Shown in pieces: positions 38,893-52,429 of a DNA stretch of 64,000 nt (within the stretch, counting starts at the first letter, position 1; the number at the start of each line of letters is the position of its first letter). Origin of the DNA: Podarcis bocagei (taxonomy: Eukaryota). The position numbers and the translations under genes were made by a program. The stretch lies in assembly GCA_964188305.1 (NCBI GenBank), contig OZ076887.1. One strand, given 5' to 3'. The notes beneath the pieces are model-generated. The model searched no databases and was not told where the DNA came from. It saw only the letters and a program-made list of their open reading frames with translations.

Positions 38893-41800
38893 CTGTAAGA
38901 AAGGAAGCATAAAATCACTTTCAAACTTGTTTCTTCACCAACTTGCATTGTGCTGTGATTGAGATGCTCAGAAAGTAGTTGGGGGACTGATCCAAGACAC
39001 TTTGGCATCTGGGGCAAACCACAAAATGGTGCCCCCAACTATAGAGGAAAAGGGGGAGCAAAAATATACATCAGGAACAAGAGGGGAAATACAGATCTAC
39101 ATCAAGAACGTGGGTGGGGAGAGCATCAGATCAAACTCACCCAGGGGTTGAAGTGGGAATCAGACCCTGCCGCAGAGGGGAAAGGGCCTCACTCTGAATC
39201 ACACAGGGGGTTGCAAAGCCTGGGAAACACCAGAGGGCAGTCCCCACCATTTCCTCCCTAGGGGTGGGAGGAGACCAGCAGTGACTCCTATTTGTCAAGA
39301 GGTCCCTGTAGAGGCAGAATTGTGGGGGTTCCTGAGGAGGCAACAGATTTGGCCTCCAAGGAGGGTAATGCAGCCATCACAGTGGTGGCAGTGGGCAATG
39401 CATTCCTTGGAAGCTGGGTCTGCAGCCCCCATGGATTCTGCTGTCCAAAGCAGTCATGTTACTTTGCCTCATGGGTGGGCTGGCCAGATTAAGGCACTCT
39501 GAGGCCCTAATCTATGTCAAGTTTAAGATGCCTCGCAGTGTTTAATAAAAGTGCATTAGCCTAACAGAAAGGGCAATAATAAAGTTTTATATTCACACAT
39601 ACATTGGTACACAGGCAAGGATGCAACTAAAAATTACCAAAACCACTAAAACATATTATCCTCTGCTATTTTCTTTAAATTGGTTTCAAGCCCATCCGTC
39701 AAAAGAATAAAGGAGTCTCTTGGAGAATGGCTTTCATCAGCATCAGGTGCATCAGTATCACTGACTTTTTCTTTATTCACACACTTGCAGTCTACACCAG
39801 GCAGGTATTATTTTGCTTGGAGTTCAATCTCATCAAAACTTTATTAGGTTTCTTTTAAGAAGTGGAGGAGCGATGTGTAAAGCTCTGCACATCTGTACTG
39901 AGGGCTATCTTTGAATCCTGTGGGGCCTTGCTAGTTTTGCGGAACTGATCTAATAAATGATTCCAAAAGCTTGAGCCTGAACACAAACACTAAATCCTCC
40001 ATTTCCCCCTGAAGAATGGCATCTTCTCTCCCCGTATCACCTTTTTCATTGTCACTAGTATGAACACAAGCAAGGGCATCAATAATTGAATCGTAACTCT
40101 CAGCTATGGCTAGCATGCTGAGAGATATTTCAGCACTGTGGAATCAGGACCCAAGAATGATCCGAGTACTGCCCAGTGTTTTATACAGTCAGAGTTAGAA
40201 ACTCAGATGTGTAAACTGGGTGCCAAATGGCACCTTAAATCTAGGTTATGGTTGCCGAAACAGAATCTCTATTCACCAGGGGATTGATCCTTGGGATCCC
40301 TTCCAACACTACAATTCCACGATTCTATGATCTCAACTACTTTGCTTGAATGTAGCTTGCTCTTACAACAATTCACTTGTCCCAGTATGCAAGGAGGAGA
40401 AACACACACAGTGGAAATTGAAACAGTATGAACTATGGTCTAAGGCAGAGATTTTAAAATGTGATTGCTAGCCTGGCGCTTAGAAACCCCTACATAGTTG
40501 CAATTGGACCCATGTCAGTAGCAAAACAAGCCTAGCACCTAGCTAATTTCTAACACTGACTGGAAAATGTATACTGCAAAAAAATGGTTTCAAGGCATCA
40601 GCTGGACCCAGACCTGTTTAGCTTTCGCAAGTTGGTGACCTCATGTGCCTACAGACCGACAGGTGGAGCACAGAGGTCTTAGGTCAAAGGCTATACATAG
40701 GATGGGGCTTTCAGGGCATAGAGTCAAAGCTTGCCCCCTTACTATTTTGGTCATTGAGAATCCTCCCTATACCATTATACTTACTGCAATTATTTTAGAA
40801 CAAGAGGCAAACTGCTTTTGATTTCATTCTTGCTTCCATGCTTGTGAAGGAGTGGAGAGCCTATGACCCGAAGGTTGCCCTGGCATGTTCCCACAGTGCT
40901 AAACTATGGTTTAGCATTACATCTGAGCACAGCCACTGTAGCAGGAAGAAATGTTGGTGGCAACTTTTATATAGCTATAGATACCTATACCAAAGGCCAA
41001 CAGGGGTAAAATCTGCAACACTTTGCTTCCTACCTATATATCTAGTATGCTGTAGATAGATTCTCAATTATATGTAGATGAATTTCAACTGAAGCTTTCA
41101 TCAAAACGTACTGAATGTGGGAAGGCCACAGTAACTTCCCATGCTTCCCTCCCTGCAACAATGACTGTCGCGAGACGGTTATCCCATAAATGTTAATTTA
41201 GGTGTGTCAAAGATGAACAAATTTTGGCGCTGGGTATGTCTTTCCCCTTTATGTTTGGTAATAAAAATAGAATTCCATTTGTGTTGAAATTTGAATTGTA
41301 GGCACTGTACACCGTAGAACTATTGTTGCCATGAGGGGCATCATAAAAGATTACAGCATCCTTCACACTACCTCTTGCACTCAATAAAATGCCAGAATTC
41401 AAGCATTCATGCAAACCTCTCTCATATATTATTTAGTTTTCCTCTTAAACTAATCTAGTGCAGTTGCCCTGATATAACCTGAGAAAACAAAGCCAAATAT
41501 TTAGAATACTGAGATAGCTGAAGAACTACCCAAGAGCTGGCATGCCTTGCAAGTCCCTACCCCCACTAGATCTCTTCAAACAGCAGGCAGTCCTGCCCCA
41601 TTACAAACAGCTTCTGAAACTACACCCCCCACACCAATCTTAAAGTGAGTGTGCCATGTGGCATAAAGGTCTGGCGTTTGACAGAAGCTAACCAAAAGCG
41701 CTCTTGAGCACATGAAACTATCTGCACAGTTCTTTGGATCCTGGTCTATAACATATGAAATAGTCTAGATACAAAGAAAAATAATCTCATGTGAAACCAA

Positions 41801-42039
41801 CACTGGGCATCATCTCTCCAAAATCCATACATTTCAATACTGCAAGGGGCAAAAGAAAATTGCCTGTGTCTATAATGCTAAGTTCCCCTTTCTTCTTCAT
41901 TCTAAGGCAGACAACTCTATCCAGTTGTTTGGCATTACATCCTTACCATGATTCATAGATACACTGATGCTTTTAAAGTCAGCACATGGACTCATTCAGA
42001 GAAGAAGCAAGATAGTATGATATCAACCATGCCTTAATG

Positions 42040-42320
42040 CAGCTGTAGGGGACCTTTGGCCCTCCAGCAGTTGTTGAATTACAAATCCCATCATCCCTGG
42101 CCTTTGGCCATGCCTGCTGCAGCTGATGCAGGTTGCAGTTCAGCAACATCTTGGCAGTGTTTCCCAAACTTGGGTCTCCAGGTGTTTTTTTGGACTCCAA
42201 CTCCCATCACCCCTAGCTAGCAAGACCAGTGGTCAGGGATGATGGGAATTGTAGGCTGAAAGCAGCTGAAGACCCAAGTTTGGTAACATTTCTCTAGAGG
42301 ACTAAAGGTTTCCTGCACCT
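42040..42320. mobile_element. Nested palindromic hAT-like MITEs
   Basis: Inner element CAGTGTTTCCCAAACTTGGG...CCCAAGTTTGGTAACA (~42155-42290) interrupts an outer element of the CCCATCA family. Confidence 0.65.
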
Positions 42321-43413
42321 ACATTAATGGGTCTTTATTTCTACTATTGTTATATTTAGAGCCTGCCCTTCACTAGAAGCAGGTTACAACTATAGAAAGC
42401 ACAGCATTAAAACACAGTTTAAAACAAATGACAACCACAGCCAGTGCAGGTCCTAAAATATATACTGCAAGTATCAAAGGCCAGCGTCAAGAGGTACATT
42501 TTCTGCATGTTATAAAAGCAGTACAGGGAACATGCCAGACACGGCTCTGTAGGGAATGTGTGCCACAGAGAATGCCCACTCCTGGGTCACCACTCCGCAA
42601 ACCTCTGAGGGTGGTGGAACTACAAGAGGGGGCCCCTCTGCTGAGCTGAACCCCCAAGAGAATCTGTTCTGCCACATCTCTACAGCAAAACTGTGGCCCT
42701 CCAGAGGATATTGGAGTCCAACTCTTACCAGGTCCAGCCAGCATGGTCAATGATAATAGCACTTGTAGTCCAACAATATCTGGAGGACCACAGTTCCTCA
42801 CCTCTGAAGTGTTGTGTGTATGCACGCGCACACAGGGTGACACACAACATCTCTATAAACCTTGAACCAAAAAGCTATCCATCCTTGGCAGCATGCCTTC
42901 GCTTAGCAGATCAGTGGACAATGCACCTTCACTGGTCCTTCTGCTGAATCCCTACCACATTCCAAATGGCAGTGTTAGAAGCAACGAAGGTGCATAACAT
43001 TATATGTTGCCATTTTCTTTTCACCACATTGTCATTAAATAAAGACCGACATCATTAGACCTGAATTCAATGCAGGCTTCCCTGCAATGCCATCTGAATC
43101 AGGAGAGGCTGTGCTGCTTAGGTGAAGTCATGGGCTGGATGAGGGCAAATAAACCGAGTGAATCCTCACAAGATTGACATCCCATGGATGAGTGTTTCCC
43201 CATTGCAAGAATGGGTTGTGCACCAACTCTGGATGGGTTGCATACCCTCAGAGTCAGCAAGTGCAAATTTTGGGACTACTTTTTGATCCATTGCTGTCAG
43301 GAGTGGCCCAGATGACTTCATTGACTAAGAGCAACTCTTACCAATAATTCTATGGCCATTCCTGGCCAGAGACAGCCTTGCCACAGGCGTCCATACACCA
43401 ATAATCACACAGT

Positions 43414-43839
43414 TGTCATAGTCTTGTTACTGAGCAACAATGTGCAAAGCTCAGTGGGGTGGGGAGGCCAGTCAACCAGAAGAGTCTCTGAGGTGTACTT
43501 GCCTGGAGGCAGAGCCAGCAACTGAAGTCAGGTCCAGTCCTAGGGTCAGGCAAACAGTAATCCGCATGGTCAGATGGTCCAGGGGTCAGGGTATCAAATG
43601 ATCATGGGGTTAAGGGTCAAAATGAGCAGGAAGCAGCAAGGTAGAGCCAGAAACTACAAGCATTACCAGCATTTGACCACTGCTGGAAGCTCTGCTTAAG
43701 AAGGCTGAAGCCAGCTGGTTTTCATTAGTGCCTTCTCCTCTGTGTACCTGAAAGCTGATCAGCTGCAGGTGGGCTCACTCCACCTTTTCCCTCTTCAGGC
43801 TGCTGTTCAGCAGGTGAAGCTGATTCCTGGCCCATGACA
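43414..43839. mobile_element. Probable solo LTR (426 bp) inside an older LINE fragment
   Basis: Terminal TGTCAT...ATGACA inverted ends, 5-bp TSD ACAGT/GCAGT. The flanks read as one continuous degenerate LINE-like sequence. Confidence 0.65.
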
Positions 43840-44068
43840 GCAGTTAACTAGTGTAATGTGCTCTATGCAGGATGAGTCTCATACCTGGCTGCAGCTAGTG
43901 CAGAGTGCAGCTACTGGGATGTCCGACAAGACACTCAGTTTTGCACATATTACACAAGCACTGAAATATTGGCTTATTATTTGTTTTTGTTTTTTTAACA
44001 TTTAGATCCCACCTATCCTCCAAGGTGCTCAATGTGGCAGACGAGGTTCTCCCACTCCAGATTTTATC

Positions 44069-44328
44069 TTTTTTATGATATTTATTAAGTTTTCAAAGGA
44101 AAAAAATTACATAAATAAAAAGATTAGAAAAAAGACCCAAAAAAATAAAAGAAAAAAAATACAAAATACAGAAAAGATAAAAAACATTTAAAAAGAAAAC
44201 ACATCAATCTTTCCATGTCATATATTGATATCCTTGCTTCCCTGACCTCCTCACACCTCCTTTTTTTGTATTCCAGTTCAGATTAGTTAATTCAGCAATT
44301 TCTTTCCCTCTTTGTTTTTATCTTAATC
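44069..44328 (-). mobile_element. 5'-truncated L1-type retroposon 3' end with 18-bp TSD
   Basis: TSD CCCACTCCAGATTTTATC (44051-44068) / CCCACTCCACATTTTATC (44329-44346). Minus strand is T-rich and ends AATAAA + short A tail. Inserted in an older SINE. Confidence 0.75.
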
Positions 44329-44794
44329 CCCACTCCACATTTTATCCTCACAACAAGCCTCCGAGGTAGCTACCGAGGCAAGTTCAGGGTTTTGTTGTAA
44401 ACAACTCAGGTCCAGGATACCTAGTAAACTACTCTTCCCAAGCTTGTCTGGGTACATGTAAAATCTTCCCCCCATGTGGCTCATTAGGATGATGCCCTAT
44501 TTACACACCACAAAACAGGGATGTTTTGGGAAGTCTGTTATTTCATGGTACATAAACATTAAGCCATGCAGGTAGAAGTCTTTAGATATAGCCAAACTGC
44601 CAGGCAAGCAACTGAGGAGGCAATGGTACCCACATGATCAAAGGTACACACGCAGGGGTCAAGATAAGAGGGGCAGAGTATCTTTCCCTCTGCCATGCAA
44701 GGTTTATGTAGTGCAAGCATGCATACAAATCCACCTGGTATCTTTGCGTGAGCATATGTCTTGTAAAGCCTACTTTTTCCACATTGCCATTAGC

Positions 44795-44903
44795 TTCCCA
44801 TGACAACCATATGTCAGGAGTGCTCTGATGGTGTTTCCTGCTTGGCAGGGGGTTGGACTCGATGGCTCTTGTGGTCTCCTCCAACTCTATGATTCTATGA
44901 TTC
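44795..44903 (+). mobile_element. CR1 LINE 3' end
   Basis: GGGGTTGGACTCGATGG...CCAACTCTATGATTCTATGATTC tail. Similar CR1 tails at ~18250-18300, ~40275-40332, ~55635-55740 (-) and ~58960-59005 (-). Confidence 0.8.
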
Positions 44904-45874
44904 CCAATATTGTAGCAGTCCACACACAGTGACACACACAAAAATATAGACGACTTCAGAGGACACAAAAGTCTACAGGAAATCCTGAGCCTTCGCAAAA
45001 CATTTCCCTCCAGATTTCACTAAAAAGCTCTGGAATTGTATTTGGTAATCTGCTGTGCTGTTCACACTCCCATCTGCAGATTCCTTGCAAGGCCTTGTCA
45101 CTCCAGCCCTGTGGGAGCTGATATTATACACTCTGGCACTGATTCAGAAAAGCACAAGTGCAGCAGAAGGCTTCGTGCCTTCTGCTAGGCTGCTCCAGTT
45201 TCCAGCAGAGTTACTGGGCTGGAGAGCAGAAGGGCCTCTTGATCTTAATCAGCTATCCAGTGGGGAGCATTCAAGCAGGGGAAGGGGAGGCACTCAACCC
45301 CACACATTTTCTTTTCCGTGTTCCAATGTGATCAACTGATCAACGATGTCACAAAACAGCAGCAGAGAAAGGGCAAAGTAAGACACCCAGTGGTGGCCCA
45401 AGGGGCAAAGCTTGCCATCCACTGAAGCCCATAAACTCTTTTCAGGGATGACCTTATATATGAAGGCCAATCTACCCCTGAGTTGCACAAGATCATCAGA
45501 GGTTCTAATGGCCTGTTTTGAAAGAAGAAAGGAAAAGTCATTTGCTTTTGCTATCAAACTGCTTGGGAGTTTAATGAAACAACCTATTAATGATATACTA
45601 CAAGTCATCCAATGATCCACCAGGAAATCCAAATCTTTCTATGTCTGAAGCAAACAAAAATATGGACTGAATCCTGCCCCCATCCTCTCCTGCACCACTG
45701 CTCCAAGCTTGGGGAGTTTCCTTTCGGTAGCGCGGGGCAGCTGTGCCCCACTGATGTAGATGGAGTCCAACTCCCATTAGTCCCACCTAGCATAGCCAAT
45801 GGTCTGGGAAAATGGAGCATGGAGTGCAAAAACATTGGGAGGGCCACAGGTTCACCACCCCTGCCTGTGAAGAA

Positions 45875-46150
45875 GGGGCATAGCTCAGTTGTAGAGCATA
45901 TCCTTTGTACGCAAGAGATCCTAAGCGCAAACCCAGGCATCTTCAGGTAGAGCTGGAAAAAGCCAACCCAAAACCAGAGATCCACTGCTTCTCAGTGTAG
46001 ACCATGGGTAGGAAACCTGTGGTCCGCCAGATGTTCCTGGACTACAACTCCCATCATTCCTTGCCAGGCTGGCTCGGGCTGATAGGAGCTGGAGCCAAAC
46101 AGAGTCTGGAGGGCAACAGGTTAGCCACCCTTGGTGTTGACAATACTATC
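45875..46150 (+). mobile_element. tRNA-derived SINE interrupted by a hAT-like MITE (46003-46133)
   Basis: A-box-like TAGCTCAGTTGTAGAGC head. MITE flanked by 8-bp TSD GTGTAGAC / GTGTTGAC. Same SINE family occurs on the minus strand at ~2985-3150 and ~63380-63700. Confidence 0.7.
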
Positions 46151-49100
46151 AGCCATCTTCCTGTAAGCAGAGAGCTGTGACCATGAGACAACAGGACACA
46201 CCCGCAGGTTCCTGTAACAGTTGACCAGATTAGGCCCCTTCACACCTAACTTATTTGAGACTCCAGTATTTTAGGTTGTGTAGAATTACTTTTATGTGAC
46301 ATTCTACATGGAGATGGAATTAAAAAGGCATTGCCTTCACTGTTACAAGTTTTCCATTAGGAATTATACAATTGGCAGTCAAAAGGAGTTGTCGACAGCC
46401 TCAATACAGCTATCTCCCACTCCAAGCAAAGGGTGAAGAAAATCCAATAGCATGAATGACCTCTTGTTGCACAAAGTAATAAAACAGCCTACAGTAAAAA
46501 CGAAGGAGAGGTTATAATAGCTCTGTACAGAACCCTCAGTAATGATGATCAAATAAAGAGGGCAGCCTTTGATTCTTCCACTAGTTTGTTCTGAAAATTA
46601 ACATTTTCTTAAGAAAGTTAACTGATGCTTAAAGGCCGAAGGAAGCGGGAATAATGAAATGGGCATTGCTGGCCTTTACAAAAGCATCAGCAGTTCAATG
46701 ATCCATACATGGGAAGAAGAAAAATGGCTAGTTCTTATCTGTATAGCTTAAGAAATGTACATAAATTACACTTTAGTGTTCAATTTAGAAAATAAAAACT
46801 GAGAATAAGTTAATAAATATTACCCATCAATTCCAAAAGCTCTGAATTGTTGCATGTATTCTGCTGGAATGTTGCTGGAACGTTGCTTTCTAACCTACCT
46901 TTAACAATCACTGCCCTGTATGAGAAAAGATTTATCCTGTAGAAACCAAGGGGTTTTTACAGGCTTCCTGGGGGTTCTGTAGATGCAAACTGCATTTTCC
47001 TGCTCCAAATATATTTTCCCTCATGGGAGTAAAAAGCAGCTGGGGGGGGGGTTGAGTAGGGATGCCTTGACGTGAAAGGGTCAAGCAGCCCCCCACTCAT
47101 ACCAGTCCTCCACTCAGCACTGAAGCCTCCCAGTTTGTTTGCTTTTTAAGTTGTGCTAAAGTGAGGAAAAACAGTACTTAATATGTAAGTTTTCCCCTTA
47201 CTGTCACGTAAAAGATTCTAACTGGAAAACCACCATTTACTACAAAATGAGTGGGTACCATGACACTTTGCTCAACATCTGAAGTAATATACCTAAATAT
47301 AATCCCCATCAATGGACATCTGTGGTTTTGAATTAGAAATGACAGGTTGGCAATATTTCTTTCCACCAATGGGTTCTTTTCTTCTTTTTTAAAAAAATTT
47401 AACACATTATAGTATAATTGCGTAGTTTTAACAATTTGCCATTCCTCTTCTCAAAAAGGCAAATTCAACTTATGCAAGATTATTTACAGATAGAAAGGCA
47501 GAGACAGAAAACTCAAACTGGCACTAACCATTACCATGGCAACCATTCAACAGTGGTCCAGAAACTGATTATTAGTATAGCAACCTACAGGGGGTGGAGA
47601 GGAGGGAGAATGTGGCAAGCAACAGTATTAATTTTGGAGGGATCAGGTATAACCATCTTTGGAACAGCTCTAATAACCACTTTCTCTTTAAGCTACACAA
47701 TATATTTCTATCAACCATATAAGGTATGAGCACATTTGAAAAGCACAAGATGATAAATCCTACAAACTGGCCTCATAACTTTTTTTTTAAAGTATAATCA
47801 TACCATTGGCCCATAGAATTCCATTTCATAACGCCTCTACCACAAAGGGGTCTAAGTTTGCTAAACATATATAATATTGTAGTACAGAAGTACAGATGAT
47901 CATCATTACTAGCAGTTGCTTCAGGAGGTGAGGATTCAGATCAGGAAAACTGTGGGGTAAGAGTTTTAACACCTCCTGCCTCCCTGCATGGCCTGAGCAA
48001 ATTTGTAGCACCTCCCACCCCTCACCTGTATTTGCATTTCCTGCCGCCCCCCCAAAATAGCAGATTTGATTTCAGCTCTTTTTAACAACAGGCACTTTAG
48101 TCACAGTGGTTCTGGTGGGAAGAAACCAAGGGGACAGGCCCCTCTTTTCATGAGCCCAATTTTTCTCAGGCTTGAGCTTCCTACTTCCATTTCACCAGCA
48201 CTTAACAGCTTGCATGTTGCTTCAGGAATAATGTGACGATCTGACCAGGATCATAATCTGTTTACATTCAGGAATGTATTCTGACAAACAACACTGTTGC
48301 GTGTCAGTTGTAATGCATCTCCATCGCCCATTTAAACTCACGATATCGGACGAATCTCACATAAAATTTAGGGCTGTTGGTTCATGTGGAAGGAGATATA
48401 CCTTAAACTGAACAGCAGGTGTGAGATATTCAGTTATGGGAGCAAACTCTGCTCCCGGCTAGCTTTGATTCTTAACTAAGATACGTACAGCCTGCCCACA
48501 CACTTCAATAAGCTTGGCCCCTTTATTATTGGCTCCCCACCACCACCATCAGGTGTCCAGCATTTTTATCTACTGTAACATTTGTTTGCCACTTTGTCTT
48601 CTTTATTCAAGTCTTTAAATTAATATTGAAATCAAAATGGATAGAAAACAAAAGGTGGCTTCCAAATTTATGTCTGTCTTCACCCATTGCTTGGTGTCCA
48701 GCATGCAGCCTGAACCCTGCTCTGAAGAGAACTTGGCTTTCTGAATATTGCTGTTCTCAACCACACACAACATTTCCAGCACTCATGACTGTAGACAAAA
48801 TTTTGAAAATCAGGACTTGGGACACATGGAAGAAATTATACAATACACTAAAATATACAAAACTGTACATGTTAAGGAACACATTGTGCAAATGGAAGTG
48901 GACTATGCAAAGGTATCGATTTGCACAAGATTCCAGTGCACAAAACTTGTAGCTCTGCAGTAAACTTATGAAAATATGGGCTGCAATGCTGTAAATACAC
49001 TGGACTCAAAGCATGTGGTAAGACTTGCACAAACTTGCAACGTGCAATACTCAAAATCTAGTTAGTTTTACGCAAAATTTAGTGTACAAAGTAAGTTTGC

Positions 49101-52100
49101 TTGGCAAGAAGTTAATCTTATTCAGTTTGACAACTGTAGCATTTTTCATGCACGGCTATGAAGAAAGGGAACGACTGGGGTGTAGCAATTTCTTTTAGAC
49201 ATCTCCTACTGGTGTTATAACCACAAAACCTCCACTTTTGAAATGGTTCTTAAATCAGAGCTCCTTTTGGCTCAGAGAATCAGCAGCCAGATTTGCTAAT
49301 GGGAGGCGGCCAGAGGGAGGGGCGCTGGACACATTAGGCATCAATTTCCTCTCATCTGCCATTAATCCAGTCCATGAAAGAAAGTATGTCTGAATTTCTC
49401 TTACATATTACAAGCTTGGACTTTTCACACCAAAGGGAAAACCAGTACTATACAGCTTTTGTAAACTGATCAAGATCTGGCAGAAAGAGAGAAAGGAGTG
49501 AATGGAACACTGAAAAGGAAATCATTTTCTGTAGCCAATACAAATTCTGATCAATGGTTGATGTGAAAACAAAAGGCTATCTCTCAACTTCCTTCTACCA
49601 GGGATGCAAAATGTGCTTCGCCTTCTCAAAGAAATCTACAGATCTTTTAAAAAATTAAAAGATATAAGAACAACATAAAAAAAGATTATCTGTTTTCCTA
49701 CACCTAACAATGTGACAAATTCATTCCCTTCTCAGAAAGGGATTATCTCTATCAGTGATAGAGGAGAGATGAATAGTAGTCTCACAAACATTCTGTCTGT
49801 CTCCTCCTTCCTTGTAATGTGACTATGCAGAGCTTCTCAGTGCATGCATTTTAAGATGAATAGGAGCTTGTTCAGAGCAAACCTCTCCCTTGTTGCACTG
49901 AAGATGTGTGTGTGCTTGTGTGCCCACACACATAAAGAATTTAGCCATCTTGTCAGAAGAGAAGCATCTCAACATCAATTGCCTTATTTTATCTTCTCGC
50001 ATTTAGCCTTGCAATCTAACTGACAAGCAGCATTGCTGGAGAGGATCTCATTAGTACCTTGATTTTAATAAAAGCCAGTTAAATTGGGGGAGGTAGAGGG
50101 AGATGACTAACAAGTAAAATACTAAATGCAGTGTGGGTGCATCTCTTCACCAGAGGGTTACACAGCAGCGACCTCAACTGGAACATTGTGACTCTGTGCC
50201 GGTTCTTGCTACAGTTAATTCCTCCCTCTCCTGCGTAATTAGTGCTTTCATTTACAAGAGCCATTTAGGCTTTAAAGAATGGAGGTCTGTCTCTCAACAG
50301 CCTTTTTTGCCTCAGCACTGCTTCAGGCAACAGGACAGGATTTCAGACAACACCGCCCCCCAAAGTAAAAAAAGCTCCATGAGCTTTCAGTTCAAAGGGA
50401 AAGCGCAGTTGAATTAATTACACGCCAAGAAGACGAAAGCCCGAACTTTCTCAGCATTAAAGAGCTATGCGAGGTCCCCCACAATTTAGTGGGAAATAAA
50501 CCAAAGCAACAGAACTAAAAAAATAACAATCTCCTTTTTAGACACTTTCAATAAAGGATTTCAATACAACTAAAGGCCGCCACACAAGGAAAGAAAGCAC
50601 AGCTATTCTGCTGAATGGGAAGTGCTGGTGGGGAACAGGCGGAACACCTGCCAGCAGTATACTGAAAGAGACCCAAACACATTTTGAAATCTAAACACAC
50701 GTCAGCAGGGTTGAGCAGCCTTTCTGAAACGGTTCTCTCTTCAGGGACTCAATGTGCTCTGAATCTTTCCGCAGTGCCTTGGCTTTAATCTATTGATTCC
50801 TAATGCACCTAGCCTACTTGCAAAGAGAGAGGAATCACCAGTACATTGCAACACACAAGCATGTTTGGCCCCCATCTTGGGTCAGCAAAGGGCTGCACTT
50901 GGGCTGGGGGACGTCAATGGCATTGAGTTGTGTGGAGCTGCCCTGGGCATTCTTAGGTGGGGGGGATTATATTCTATTGAGCTTTTATTGAGTGCCTTGT
51001 AATACACACACAGCAGCTGGAAAGGCTTCCCATTCTGAATCAGTTATGGTAATTTATATCCCCTCTGCTTACTTAGCCCCCTCCCTTTTCCCTTGCCAAA
51101 TTACACTCTTATTCATCACTATCCTACTTGCACTCCCCATGATGTCTCCCCCTTAAAATCCTGCCCCTGTTATCTCCCAGCCCTTTTGCAAACACTTGCC
51201 AGCAGCCATCACTTAAAAAGAGAGGGAGAGGAAAGCTTGCCTTCAACCAAGACCTCGGAATGAAGTGCAGGAATTACTCATAGACCAGTGACAAGTTACA
51301 GTGCGTTTAGTCACTATATAAATGGGCTTTTCACTTTTGAAAGAAAGAAACAAGGAGACTCTAAAGACTGAACAATTATGAGAGAATGGATAGATTATTC
51401 TGGAGGAATTTGCAGCAAGGGAATTGGCAAGGGATTGTGGTGTGTGACGAAAGTTCCTCAGCAAGGCAGGAAAAGAATCAGCTTAGGAATAAAAGACAGC
51501 AGAGCTCTCTTAGACCCTTATTAAGGCTGCACTTTGCAGGGAGTAATCTTCCCAGGACTTTATGGAGTAGGCATGCACAGGACTGCACTGCAATAAGAGT
51601 TGTTAATGTGATTTTATTGTGAGGACTTTCTGGAAGCTACTTTGGGGCTCTAAGGCAAGATAGTTTGTTTTGAAAACACCCAAATCGTGGTGTTACTGCC
51701 AAAGTTGCAGGAGGTACCTTGCAGGAATTACCTTTGACCTGCAAAAGTTTGCTGGAGTTGTGAGTGGACAGAATAACAGGTCTTGTCACTGAGTAGGTAT
51801 TTTTGAATAAAATCTAGGGAAGGTTTTACACATAGCTTTTGGTCTTAGTGCAGGCATACAGCTAGCCAGAAAGTAAAAACATAACTGGAAGTCAGACCTT
51901 TCATCTGGAAACGCTTCCTCCCAATCCTAAGTAACTGAGAGGTTAGTCACCATTACCTGAGAGTTACTCTGCAACTGTTCAAATACGTTCCCTTAATATA
52001 CCTTATTAATTTATCAACTCCATTTCTATGCCTCTTAGTAATCAAAACATTCTCTGGGTGATGTACACAAATAATGATTAGCAATAAAAAAAGTTTGAAG

Positions 52101-52429
52101 GGGGAAGTGCAGACCTAAAAAATCCACAGGCCCCAGTGCTGGCACTACAAACAATGGTTTTAAGTTCTGGTTCAAATGAGATCCTGCTTAAAAACAGGAA
52201 AACATTTGGTTCACACACGGTGGTGAACCTACAGCAAAACTTGATGGACCCCAGGATACTGCAAGCCTGGGAAAAAGTCGAGGGTGGAGAAAGCCCTCGA
52301 ACCAAGTTATGTGAAGGGGCAGCAGGAGCCACAAGAGGCTCTCCATCCAGGCCGGGCTGTTTTTCTTAAGCAAGGCAGGCGTGGAAGCTGAAGGGGAAGG
52401 AGGTGAGTCGGAGGAGAAGCTATGGTGCC

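Noticed and set aside
40129-40149. REST/NRSE site (TTCAGCAC..)
   Set aside because: Only the left half matches; the GGACAG half is missing.
45875-45950. tRNA gene
   Set aside because: Degenerate B box, no cloverleaf, and it continues into a SINE body seen elsewhere in the window.
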